This document shows, in pieces, positions 21,300-35,600 of a stretch of DNA of 64,000 bases (positions are counted from its first letter, which is position 1; the number at the start of each line of letters is the position of its first letter). The stretch is from the human T2T-CHM13v2.0 reference genome, Homo sapiens. Location: NCBI RefSeq assembly GCF_009914755.1, contig NC_060948.1. One strand, written 5' to 3'. Made by a program: the position numbers and the translations under genes. The notes beneath the pieces are model-generated. The model saw only the letters and a list, made by a program, of their open reading frames with translations. It was not told where the DNA came from and searched no databases.

Positions 21300-23393
21300 A
21301 GATCCATATTTTTTAAATGAAAAAAAATTTCAAAGGTACTCTGCTTGGTACAATAATCAAATGTATAAACTGAGGAATAAAACATAACCATGAAACCTAC
21401 TTATAACTGCATATGGAAAATACAGAGGATAATTTTTTAAATAACATATTTTGAAAGCCTTAACTAGTAATTTGAAGAGTTCGCATTTGAAAGGCCAGTA
21501 TGAATATACCTTCAAAGCAGCAACACAGGTTCCCCATGAGAAAAAGAAAACTCAGGGAAAATAAAAACACAAAGGTTCAATCTCTTCTGACCTTTGAAAG
21601 ACACAGCACAGACAGTGGTCCTTAGGACGAAGAGCAGGAGACCCCTAATTCCGTCACCATGGCGATAGGGCATAAACATTGCTGGGTGAGGGCACAATCC
21701 ACATTGTGAGGTCCAACTGCTGCCAGGAAGACAGGAGTGCTTTTACATAGACCGAAAGGTCATTGAAGGCTCAGAGCTTTGTTTCAAGAACTGAATCCCA
21801 AGCCCACACGTTATTAGGCTGCGCTTCTTAAAACAAGTTATGAGATGGGAAAAAGGGCACCCACAAACATACGTATACATTATGTATATAATAATATACA
21901 GTACCATATATATAATATATATAACCTATGTATAATATTGTTTTACATCCTGCATCTTATGTTATATATATTGTATAAAATATAATAATTGATAATATAT
22001 AAGTTTTATATTTATACAATATGACATATAGTATATATTATAATTTATGACATATATAATATATGTTATATATCATATATAGAATATATTATACGGTTAA
22101 TATACGTATTAAATATAAATTATACATTATATATATTATATATAATATATCTGTTATATATAATACCCATTATGCATAATATATATTATGTCTATGTTAT
22201 ATATAGTATAAAACAACATATAATAATATATAATTGTATATATAAAATGCGACATATAATATATATTATATTTTATGACATATGTAATATATATTATATA
22301 TTATATATAATACGTTGTACGTATAATAACTATATTAAATATATATTATATGACTATGTTATTAATTACATGTCACATATGTTATATATTATATATTTTA
22401 CATAGAATATACCGGTTACATACAATATATACTATGTTACCTATAATGTATAATTGATTACATGTAAAATAAAGAATGCAATATATTATGTATAATTTAT
22501 AATATACAATATGTGGAATGTGATATATATAACATATAATATATGATATATGATATACAGTATATGATATATAACATACAATATATGATACCTAATGTAT
22601 ATGGTATACAATATATATTTTATGATATGTATTCTATATGTTTTATATTCTGTTGTATATAACTATTTGAAATTATATATAACTGTATAATATTTTATGT
22701 AAATATGTAATATAATATATATAACTATATAATATATTATATATAATTATATATTATGTTATATATACTTTTATAACATAATTTACATAAAATATCATAA
22801 TATAATATATATTATATTATTTCATATTACATAATATATCTTACATATCACCCAATATAAGTAACATACATAATATTATAATATAGATTATATTATGTTA
22901 TATTAAATATCATATATATCATGTATCATATATTCTATAATATATATTATACATTATATAATATGTATGTTGTCTATTATGTGATATATATAACTATATA
23001 TATAATTATATTATTATACATATAACTAGATAAACATGTAATTCTACATATTTTCATTTATAATATATAGAATTATATAACCATATATAATTATTTATAT
23101 TCTATAAAAAATTATATCATTATATAAATTATAATATATAAAAATTATAATATGTACTACAAATATATATATTATATATCATATATGATATAGTACCTTT
23201 GTTATATATCATAATACATATAAATGTGTATAATGTTATCTATAATTATATAATTTCATATATAAGATGTATAATATGTATTATATATTATATATGTTAT
23301 GTATTATACATAGTATATATAAGATGACACAGGATAAATATTATGTACTATGACATATAAAATATATGAGGTTATAATATATATCATATATAA

Positions 23394-23685
<292 letters not shown>

Positions 23686-25780
23686 AGATCCATATTTTTT
23701 AAATGAAAAAAAATTTCAAAGGTACTCTGCTTGGTACAATAATCAAATGTATAAACTGAGGAATAAAACATAACCATGAAACCTACTTATAACTGTATAC
23801 GGAAAATACAGAGGATAATTTTTTAAATAACATATTTTGAAAGCCTTAACTAGTAATTTGAAGAGTTTGCATTTGAAAGGCCAGTATGAGTATACCTTCA
23901 AAGCAGCAACACAGGTTCCAAATGAGAACAATCAAACTCAGGGAAAATAAAACCACAAATGTACACTCTGTTCTGATCTTTGAAAAACACAGCATACACA
24001 GTGGCACTTAGGACCAAGAGCAGGAGATCCCTAATCCCGTCACCATGGCGATAGGGCATAAACATTGCGGGGTGAGGGCACAATGCACATTGTGAGGTCC
24101 AATTGCTGCCAGGAAGACAGGAGTGCTTTTACATAGACCGAAAGGTCATTGAAGGCTCAGTGTTTCGTTTCAAAAACTGAATCCCAAGCCCACACGTTAT
24201 TATGCTGCGCTTCTTAAAACAAGTTATGAGAAGGGAAATAGGGCACCCACAAACATACGTATATATTATGTATATAATAATATACACTATCTTATATATA
24301 ATATATATAACCTATGTATAATATTGTTTTACATTCTGCATCTTATATTATATATATTATATGTAATATAATATTTGATAATATATAAGTTTATATTTAT
24401 ACAATATGACATATAATATATATTATATTTTATGACATATATAATATAGATTATATATCATATATAGAATATACTATACGGTTAATATACTTATTAAATA
24501 TATAATATACATTATATATATTATATCTACGTTATATATAACATTAACTATAGATAATATATATATTATATCTAGCTTATATATAATATAAAATAACAGA
24601 TAATAATATATAATTGTATATATAAAATATGACATATAATATATATTATATTTTATGACACATATATCATATATATTATATATTATATATAATATGTTGT
24701 ATGTATAATACATATATTATATATATATTATAAGTCTAAATTATTAATTATATGTAATATATGTTATATATTACATATTTTACATTTAATACACATGTTA
24801 CATACAATATATACTATGTTACATGTAACCTAGAATTTATTATATATAATATAATGTATGTCATATATTATATATACTTTATAGTATGCAATATGTGGAA
24901 CGTGATATATATAACATGTAATATATGATATATGATATACGATATATGATATATAATATACAATATATGATACATTATATATGGTATACAATATATATTT
25001 TATGATATATATTATATATGTTTTATATTATATTATACATAACTATTTAATTATATATAACTCTATAATATTGTAGGTAAATATATAATATAATACATAT
25101 AACCATATATTAAGTTATTTATAATTTTATTACGTACATTCAATAATATATCATAATATAATATATATTATATTATATTATTTTATATTACATAATATAT
25201 ATTATATATCACATAGTATGTGTTACATACATAATATTTAAATATATATTATATTATGATATATTAAATATTATATATATTATGTATGCTATACTGTATA
25301 ATATATATTATATATTATATAATATGCAGGGTGTCTATTATATGATATATATTATAATATATATAATTATATTATACATATAACGATATAAATATGTAAT
25401 TATATTTATCATTATTTATATTACATATAGTTATATAATCATATATAATAATTTATATTACAAAAATAATTATATCATTTTATAAATTATAGTATATATA
25501 AATTATAATATGTGATAAATAATATATATTATATATCATATATGATATAGTATATATGTTATATATCATATTATATATCAATTTATGTTATGATATCTAT
25601 AATTATATATTTTCATATATAAGATGTATAATATGAATTATATATTATATATGTTATTAAATATATACTTTATATAAAATGACACAGGATAAATGTTATA
25701 TATTATGACATATGATATATATGCGGTTATATATTATATATGAAGCATATTACATAACATATAATATATATCATATATAA

Positions 25781-26072
<292 letters not shown>

Positions 26073-26515
26073 AGATCCATATTTTTTAAATGAAAAAAAA
26101 TTTCAAAGTTATTCTGCTTGGTACAATAATCAAATATATAAACTGAGGGTTAAAACATAACCTTGGAACATATTTATAACTGCATATGGATAATACAGAG
26201 GATAATTTTTTAAATAACATATTTTGAAAGCGTTAACTGGTAATTTGAAGAGTTGGCATTTGAAAGGCCAGTATGAATATACCTTCAAAGCAGCAACACA
26301 GGTTCCCCATGAGAAAAATCAAACTTAGGGAAAATAAAACCACAAAGGTTCAATCTTTTCTGACCTTTGAAAGACACAGCACAGACAGTGGTCCTTAGGA
26401 CGAAGAGCAGGAGACCCCTAATTCCGTCACCATGGCAATAGGGCATAAACATTGCTGGTTGAGGGCACAATCCACATTGTGAGGTCCAACTGCTGCCAGG
26501 AAGACAGGAGTGCTT

Positions 26516-27538
26516 TTACATAGACCCAAAGGTCATTGAAGGCTCAGTGTTTTGTTTCAAAAACTGAATCCCAAGCCCACACGTTATTATGCTGTGCTTC
26601 TTAAAAAAAGTTATGAGATGGGAAATAGGGCACCCACAATTATATCTATACATTATGTATATAATAATATATAGAATCATATATATAATATATGTAACAT
26701 ATATATATAATACTGTTTTACATCCTGCAGTTATATTATATATATTATATGTATTATAATAACTGGTAATGTATAAGTATTATATTTATACACTATGACA
26801 TATAATAATTATATTTTATGCCGTATATAAGATATAATATATATCATATACCAAATATATTATATGGTTAATATACGAATTAAATATATAATATACATTA
26901 TAAATATTATATCTACGTTATATATAACATTCACTATAGTTAATATATATATTATATCTAGCTTATATATAATATAAAATAACATATAATAATATATAAC
27001 TGTATATATAAAATATGACATATAATATATATTATATTTTATGACATATATATGATATGTATTATATATTATATATAATATGTTGTAAGTATAATACATG
27101 TATTAAATATATATTATATGTCTATGTTATTAATTATATGTAATATATGTTATATATTACATATTATATATAGTATACACATGTTACATAGAATATATTC
27201 TATGTTACATATAACGTAGAATTTATTATGTGTAATATAATGTATGGCATATATTATAAATTCCTTATAATATACAATATGTGGAATGTGATATATATAA
27301 CTTGTAATATATGATATACAATATATGTTATATAACATACAATATATGATACATAATATATATGGTATAGAATATATATTTTATGTTATATATTATATAT
27401 GTTTTATATTTTATTATATATAAATATTTAAAATTATATATAACTGTATAATGTTATACGTAAATATATAATATACTACATATAACCATATATTATGTTA
27501 TATAAAATTTTATTACATACTTTCCATAATATATCATA
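26516..27538. repeat. Truncated, diverged terminal DYZ2 unit 12 (no Alu)
   Basis: Starts with the unit marker at 26516 and ends within the AT-rich tract after ~1020 bp, where DYZ1 begins. Confidence 0.9.
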
Positions 27539-27560
27539 TGGACTCCTTTGGAATGGTCTA
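27531..27560. other. DYZ2/DYZ1 array junction
   Basis: ...ATAATATATCATA|TGGACTCCTTTGGAATGGTCTAG. The left side matches the AT-rich tract of the previous DYZ2 unit (ATAATATATCATA at ~25143). The right side matches DYZ1 (ATGGACTC(G/C)TTTGGAATGGTCTAG at ~29613 and ~36711). There is no intervening sequence. Confidence 0.93.
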
Positions 27561-29615
27561 GTATACAATGCAATCGACTGGCAGGGAATTAAAAGGAATG
27601 CAATCGAATGGATTGCACAGGAATGCAATGGACTCGAATAGATTGGAAACAGAATGCAAAGGAATGGAATGGAATAGTATGGAATGGAATGGAAAGGAAT
27701 GGAGTGGAATAGACTAGAGTAGAATGGAATTTACTCGAAAGCAATGGACTGGAATAGAACTTTCTTGAATGGGCTGGAATCAAACGGAATGGAATGCTGT
27801 GCAATCAAATAGAATGAAAGAGAATCAAATCCAATCGAATGGATTGGAAAGGAATTGACTGAAATGGAATGGACTAGAATGGAAGGCAAAGGAATGGAAT
27901 CTATAGGAATGGACTGTAATGGAATGGAATGGAATGGGTTGGAATGGAATCGAATGGAATGGACTGCAATAGAAAGGATTCGAATGGAATGAAAAAGAAT
28001 TGAATGGAATAGAACAGAATGGAATCAAATCGAGTGAAATGGAATGGAATAGAAAGGAATGGACTCGAATGGAATGGAATGTCATGGAATGGCATCAAAT
28101 GGAATGGAATCGAATGCAATGGAATGCTATGGAATGGAATGGAATGCATTGGAATGGAATGTCCTCTAATGGAATGGATTCGAGTGGAATGGAATCGAAT
28201 ATAATGGAGTCGAATGAAATGGAATTGAAAGGAATGGGACCGAATACAATGGAATATACTGGAATGTAATGTAATGAACTCGAATGTAATTGACTGGAAT
28301 GGAATGTACATGAATGGAATGTAATCGAATGGAAAGTAATCCAATGGAATAGAATCTAATGCAATAAAATCGACTCAGATAGAGTAGAATGTAATGGAAT
28401 GGAGTGCAGTGCAATGGAATGGAATGGAATGGAATGCAGTGGAATGGAATGGAATGGAATGCAATGGAATGGAATGTATTAGAATGTAATGAACATTAAT
28501 GGAATGTACTCGAATGGATTCGACTGGAATGGAATGTTCTGTAAGTTTATGTACTCCAATGGAATGGATTCGAAAGGAATGGAATCGAACGGAATGGAAT
28601 CTAATGGAATGGAATTAAATGGAAATGAATCAAATTGAATAGCACGGAATTGAATTGAATGTAATAGAATGCAATGTAATCTAATGAAACAGAAAGGAAA
28701 GGAATGGAATGGAATGGAATGGGCTGGAATGGAATGGAATCGAAACGAATGGAATGGAATCGAACTAAAGAGACTGGAATGGAATGCACTGGAATGGAAG
28801 GGAGTGTAATGGAAGGTTCTCGAAAAAAATGGAATCGAATGGAATGAAATTGAATGGAACGGAATAGAGTCGAATGGAATTGAATGGAATGGAATGGACT
28901 AGAGTGAAATGGAATCGAACCACAAGGAATGGACAGGAATAGAATGGTCTCGAATTGAATGGAATCGTATGGAATGGCATCAAACGGAATGGAATGGACA
29001 GCCACGGAATGGAATGCACTCGAATGCAATGGAGTCGAACTAATGGACTGGAATAGAATGGACTCGACTGGTACGGACTCCAATGGAATGGAATCGAATG
29101 GAAGGGAATCGAACGGAATGGACTCGAAGGGAAAAGACTGCAATGGAAAGGTCTCGAATGGAATGGAAATTAATGGAATGGAATGGAATCGAATGAAGTG
29201 GAGTCAAAAGGAATGGAATCGAATGGCAAGAAATCGAATGTAATGGAATCGCAAGGAATTGATGTGAACGGAACGGAATGGAATGGAATCCAAAGGAATG
29301 GAATAGAATGGAATGGAATCAAATGGAAAGGACTCGAATGGAAATCACTCGAATAGAATGCAATTTAATAAAATAGGATCAAATGTAATGGAATGGAATG
29401 GAAAGGAATCGAAACGAAAGGAATGGAGACAGATGGAATGGAATGGAACAGAGAGCAATGGTATAGAATGGAATGGAATCATCTGGAATGGAAATGAATG
29501 GAATGGAATAACATGAAATGGAATGGAATGGAATGGAATACCCTTGAATTAAATGGACTGGAATGGAATGGACTCGAACAGAGTGTAATGGAAAGTGTTG
29601 AAATAGAATGGAATG
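27541..29615 (+). repeat. Internally deleted junction-proximal DYZ1 unit (2075 bp)
   Basis: GACTC(C/G)TTTGGAATGGTCTAG occurs at 27541, 29616 and 33160, so the first period is 2075 bp and the next is 3544 bp. The segment carrying the EcoRI and StuI sites is missing from the first period. Confidence 0.9.
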
Positions 29616-32600
29616 GACTCGTTTGGAATGGTCTAGTATGCAATGCAATCGACTGGCAGGGAATCAAAAGGAATGTAATCGAATGGATTGGACTGGAATG
29701 CAATGGACTCGAATAGATTGGAAACGGAATGCAAAGGAATGGAATGGAATAGTATGGAATGGAATGGAAAGGAATGGAGTGGAATAGACTAGAGTGGAAT
29801 GGAATGGACTGGAAAGCAATGGACTGGAATGGAACTTTCTTGAATGGACTGGAATCAAACGGAATGGAATGCAATGCAATCAAATGTCATGGAATAAAAT
29901 AGAATGCAAGAGAATCAAATGGAATTGAATCGAATGGAATCGAATGGATTGGAAAGGAATAGAATGGAATGGAATGGAATTGACTCAAATGGAATGGACT
30001 AGAATGGAATGGATTCGAATGGAAGGCAAAGGAATGGAATCTATTGGAATGGACTGTAATGGAATGGAATGGAAGGGATTGGAATGGACTCGAATGGAAT
30101 GGACTGCAATAGAAAGGATTCGAATGGAATGAAAAAGAATTGAATGGAATAGAACAGAATGGAATCAAATCGAATGAAATGGAATGGAATAGAAAGGAAT
30201 GGAATGAAATGGAATGGAAAGGATTCGAATGGAATGCAATCGAATGGAATGCAATCGAATGGAATGGAATCGAACGGAATGGAATAAAATGGAAGAAAAC
30301 TGGCAAGAAATGGAATCGAAATGAATGGAGTGTTATGGAACGGACTCAAAAGGAATTGAATGTAATAGAATGGAGTGGAGTGGACTCGAATATAATGGAC
30401 TGGAATGGAATGAAATCACATGGAATGGGAACGAATGGAATGGAATGGAAAGGAATGGAATGGAATGGAAAGGAATCGAATGGAAGGGAATGAAATTGAA
30501 TCAACAGGAATGGAAGGGAGTAGAATAGACGGTAATGGAATGGACTCGAATAGAATGGACACGAATGCTCAAATTGAATGGACTCGAATGGAATGGAAAC
30601 GAAAGGAATGTCATCGAATGGAATTGAATCGATTGGAATGAAATCGCATAGAATGGAGTGGAATCAAATGGAATTGAATCGAAAGGAAAGGAAGCGAATG
30701 GACTGAAATGAAATGGAATGGAATTGAATGGAAAGTAATGCAATGGAATAGAATGGAACGAAATTTCACGGAATGGAATCAAACTGAATGGAATCAAATC
30801 AATGGAATATAATCAAATGGAATGGAAAGGAATTGAATGGAGTAGATTGGATTGGATGGGATTGGAATGAAACGTACTGGAAAGGACTCGAATTTCATGA
30901 AACGGAATGGAATGAATTGGAACGGAATGGACTCGAAAGGAATGGAATGACATGGAATGGCATCAAATGGAATGGCGTCAAATGGAATGGAATCAAATGC
31001 AATGGAATGCTATGGAATGGAATGGAATGCATTGGAATGGAATGTCCTCTAATGGAATGGATTCGAGTGGAATGGAATCGAATATAATGGAGTCGAATGA
31101 AATGGAATTGAAAGGAATGGGATCGAATAGAATGGAATATACTGGAATGTAATGTAATGAACACGAATGTAATTGACTGGAATGGAATGTACATGAATGG
31201 AATGTAATCGAATGGAAAGTAATCCAATGGAATAGAATGTAATGCAATAAAATCGACTCAAATAGAATAGAATGTAATGGAATGGAGTGCAGTGCAATGG
31301 AATGGAATGGAATGGAATGCAATGGAATGGAATGGAATGGAATGGAATGGGATGGAATGGTATGGAATGGATAGTAATGGACTGGAGTGAAATGGACTGG
31401 AAAGGACTGGACTCAAATTCAAAGGGCTCGAAAGGAAAGGAGTCAAATGGAATGGTCTGGAATGGAATGAACACGAATGTAATGCAATCCAATAGAATGG
31501 AATCGAATGGCATGGAATATAAAGAAATGGAATCGAAGAGAATGGAAACAAATGGAATGGAATTGAATGGAATGGGAATGAATGGAGTGAAATTGTATGC
31601 AGTAGAAGAGAATAGAATGCAATGGAAGCGAAAGGAAAGGAATGGATTGGAATGGAATGGAATTCATTGGAATGGAAGGGAATGTAGTGTAATGGACAGG
31701 CCTGGAATAAAGTGGAATGCTACGGTCTCGAATGGAATAAAAATGTATGGAATGGAATGCAGTGAAACGGAATCGAATGTCATAGAATGTAATGGAATGC
31801 AAAAAAATGGAATCCAAAATCATTGACTGGAAAGGCTGGGTGTCGAAAGGAATTGACTCCAATGGAATGGAATCTAAAGGAATGGAAGTGAATAGAATCG
31901 AACTAAATCGAATGGAATGGAATTGATAGGAACGGAATGGAAAGGAATGCAATGATTTGGCATGGAATGGAATCGAATGGCATCGAATGGAATGGAATGG
32001 AATGCAATGGAATGGAATGTATTAGAATGTAATGAACTTTAATGGAATGTACTCGAATGGATTCGACTGGAATGGAATGTTCTGGAAGTGAATGGACTCC
32101 AATGGAATGGATTCGAAAGGAATGGGACCGAACGGAATGGAATCTAATGGAATGGAATTAAATGGAAATGAATCAAATTGAATAGCACGGAATTGAATTG
32201 AATGGAATGGAATGCAATGGAATCTAATGAAACGGAAAGGAAAGGAATGGAATGGAATGGAATGGGCTGGAATGGAAAGGAATCGAAACGAATGGAATGG
32301 AATCGAACTGAAGAGACTGGAATGGAATGCACTGGAATGGAAGGGAGTGTAATGGAAGGTTCTGGAAAAAAATGGAATCGAATGGAATGGAATTGAATGG
32401 AAAGGAATAGAGTCGAATGGAATTCAATGGAATGGAATGGAATAGAGTGAAATGGAATCGAACCACAAGGAATGGACAGGAATAGAATGGTCTCGAATTG
32501 AATGGAATCGTATGGAATGGCATCAAACGGAATGGAATGGACAGCCACGGAATGGAATGCACTCCAATGCAATTGAGTCGAAACTAATGGACTGGAATAG

Positions 32601-35600
32601 AATGGACTCGACTGGTACGGACTCCAATGGAATGGAATCGAATGGAAGGGAATCGAACGGAATGGACTCGAAGGGAAAAGACTGCAATGGAAAGGTCTCG
32701 AATGGAATGGAAATTAATGGAATGGAATGGAATCGAATGAAATGGAGTCAAAAGGAATGGAATCGAATGGCAAGAAATGGAATGTAATGGAATCGCAAGG
32801 AATTGATGTGAACGGAACGGAATGGAATGGAATCCAAAGGAATGGAATAGAATGGAATGGAATCGAATGGAAAGGACTCGAATGGAAATCACTCGAATAG
32901 AATGCAATTTAATAAAATAGGATCAAATGTAATGGAATGGAATGGAAAGGAATCGAAACGAAAGGAATGGAGACAGATGGAATGGAATGGAACAGAGAGC
33001 AATGGTATAGAATGGAATGGAATCATCTGGAATGGAATTGAATGGAATGGAATAATATGAAATGGAATGGAATGGAATGGAATGCCCTTGAATTAAATGG
33101 ACTGGAATGGAATGGACTCGAACAGAGTGGAATGGAAAGTGTTGAAATAGAATGGAATGGACTCGTTTGGAATGGTCTAGTATGCAATGCAATCGACTGG
33201 CAGGGAATCAAAAGGAATGTAATCGAATGTATTGGACTGGAATGCAATGGACTCGAATAGATTGGAAACGGAAAGCAAAGGAATGGAATGGAATAGTATG
33301 GAATGGAATGGAAAGGAATGGAGTGGAATAGACTAGAGTGGAATGGAATGGACTCGAAAGCAATGGACTGGAATGGAACTTTCTTGAATGGACTGGAATC
33401 AAACAGAATGGAATGCAATGCAATCAAATGTCATGGAATAAAATAGAATGCAAGAGAATCAAATGGAATTGAATCGAATGGAATCGAATGGATTGGAAAG
33501 GAATAGAATGGAATGGAATGGAATTGACTCAAATGGAATGGACTAGAATGGAATGGATTCGAATGGAAGGCAAAGGAATGGAATCTATTGGAATGGACTG
33601 TAATGGAATGGAATGGAAGGGATTGGAATGGACTCGAATGGAATGGACTGCAATAGAAAGGATTCGAATGGAATGAAAAAGAATTGAATGGAATAGAACA
33701 GAATGGAATCAAATCGAATGAAATGGAATGGAATAGAAAGGAATGGAATGAAATGGAATGGAAAGGATTCGAATGGAATGCAATCGAATGGAATGCAATC
33801 GAATGGAATGGAATCGAACGGAATGGAATAAAATGGAAGAAAACTGGCAAGAAATGGAATCGAAATGAATGGAGTGTTATGGAACGGACTCAAAAGGAAT
33901 TGAATGTAATAGAATGGAGTGGAGTGGACTCGAATATAATGGACTGGAATGGAATGAAATCACATGGAATGGGAACGAATGGAATGGAATGGAAAGGAAT
34001 GGAATGGAACGGAAAGGAATCGAATGGAAGGGAATGAAATTGAATCAACAGGAATGGAAGGGAGTAGAATAGACGGTAATAGAATGGACTCGAATAGAAT
34101 GGACACGAATGCTCAAATTGAATGGACTCGAATGGAATGGAAACGAAAGGAATGTCATCGAATGGAATTGAATCGATTGGAATGAAATCGCATAGAATGG
34201 AGTGGAATCAAATGGAATTGAATCGAAAGGAAAGGAAGCGAATGGACTGAAATGAAATGGAATGGAATTGAATGGAAAGTAATGCAATGGAATAGAATGG
34301 AACGAAATTTCACGGAATGGAATCAAACTGAATGGAATCAAATCAATGGAATATAATCAAATGGAATGGAAAGGAATTGAATGGAGTAGATTGGATTGGA
34401 TGGGATTGGAATGAAATGTACTGGAAAGGACTCGAATTTCATGAAACGGAATGGAATGAATTGGAACGGAATGGACTCGAAAGGAATGGAATGACATGGA
34501 ATGGCATCAAATGGAATGGCATCAAACGGAATGGAATCAAATGCAATGGAATGCTATGGAATGGAATGGAATGCATTGGAATGGAATGTCCTCTAATGGA
34601 ATGGATTCGAGTGGAATGGAATCGAATATAATGGAGTCGAATGAAATGGAATTGAAAGGAATGGGATCGAATAGAATGGAATATACTGGAATGTAATGTA
34701 ATGAACACGAATGTAATTGACTGGAATGGAATGTACATGAATGGAATGTAATCGAATGGAAAGTAATCCAATGGAATAGAATATAATGCAATAAAATCGA
34801 CTCAAATAGAATAGAATGTAATGGAATGGAGTGCAGTGCAATGGAATGGAATGGAATGGAATGCAATGGAATGGAATGGAATGGAATGGAATGGGATGGA
34901 ATGGTATGGAATGGATAGTAATGGACTGGAGTGAAATGGACTGGAAAGGACTGGACTCAAATTGAAAGGGCTCGAAAGGAAAGGAGTCAAATGGAATGGT
35001 CTGGAATGGAATGAACACGAATGTAATGCAATCCAATAGAATGGAATCGAAAGGCATGGAATATAAAGAAATGGAATCGAAGAGAATGGAAACAAATGGA
35101 ATGGAATTGAATGGAATGGGAATGAATGGAGTGAAATTGTATGCAGTAGAAGAGAATAGAATGGAATGCAAGCGAAAGGAAAGGAATGGATTGGAATGGA
35201 ATGGAATTCATTGGAATGGAAGGGAATGTAGTGTAATGGACAGGCCTGGAATAAAGTGGAATGCTACGGTCTCGAATGGAATAAAAATGTATGGAATGGA
35301 ATGCAGTGAAACGGAATCGAATGTCATAGAATGTAATGGAATGCAAAAAAATGGAATCCAAAATCATTGACTGGAAAGGCTGGGTGTCGAAAGGAATTGA
35401 CTCCAATGGAATGGAATCTAAAGGAATGGAAGTGAATAGAATCGAACTAAATCGAATGGAATGGAATTGATAGGAACGGAATGGAAAGGAATGCAATGAT
35501 TTGGCATGGAATGGAATCGAATGGCATCGAATGGAATGGAATGGAATGCAATGGAATGGAATGTATTACAATGTAATGAACTTTAATGGAATGTACTCGA

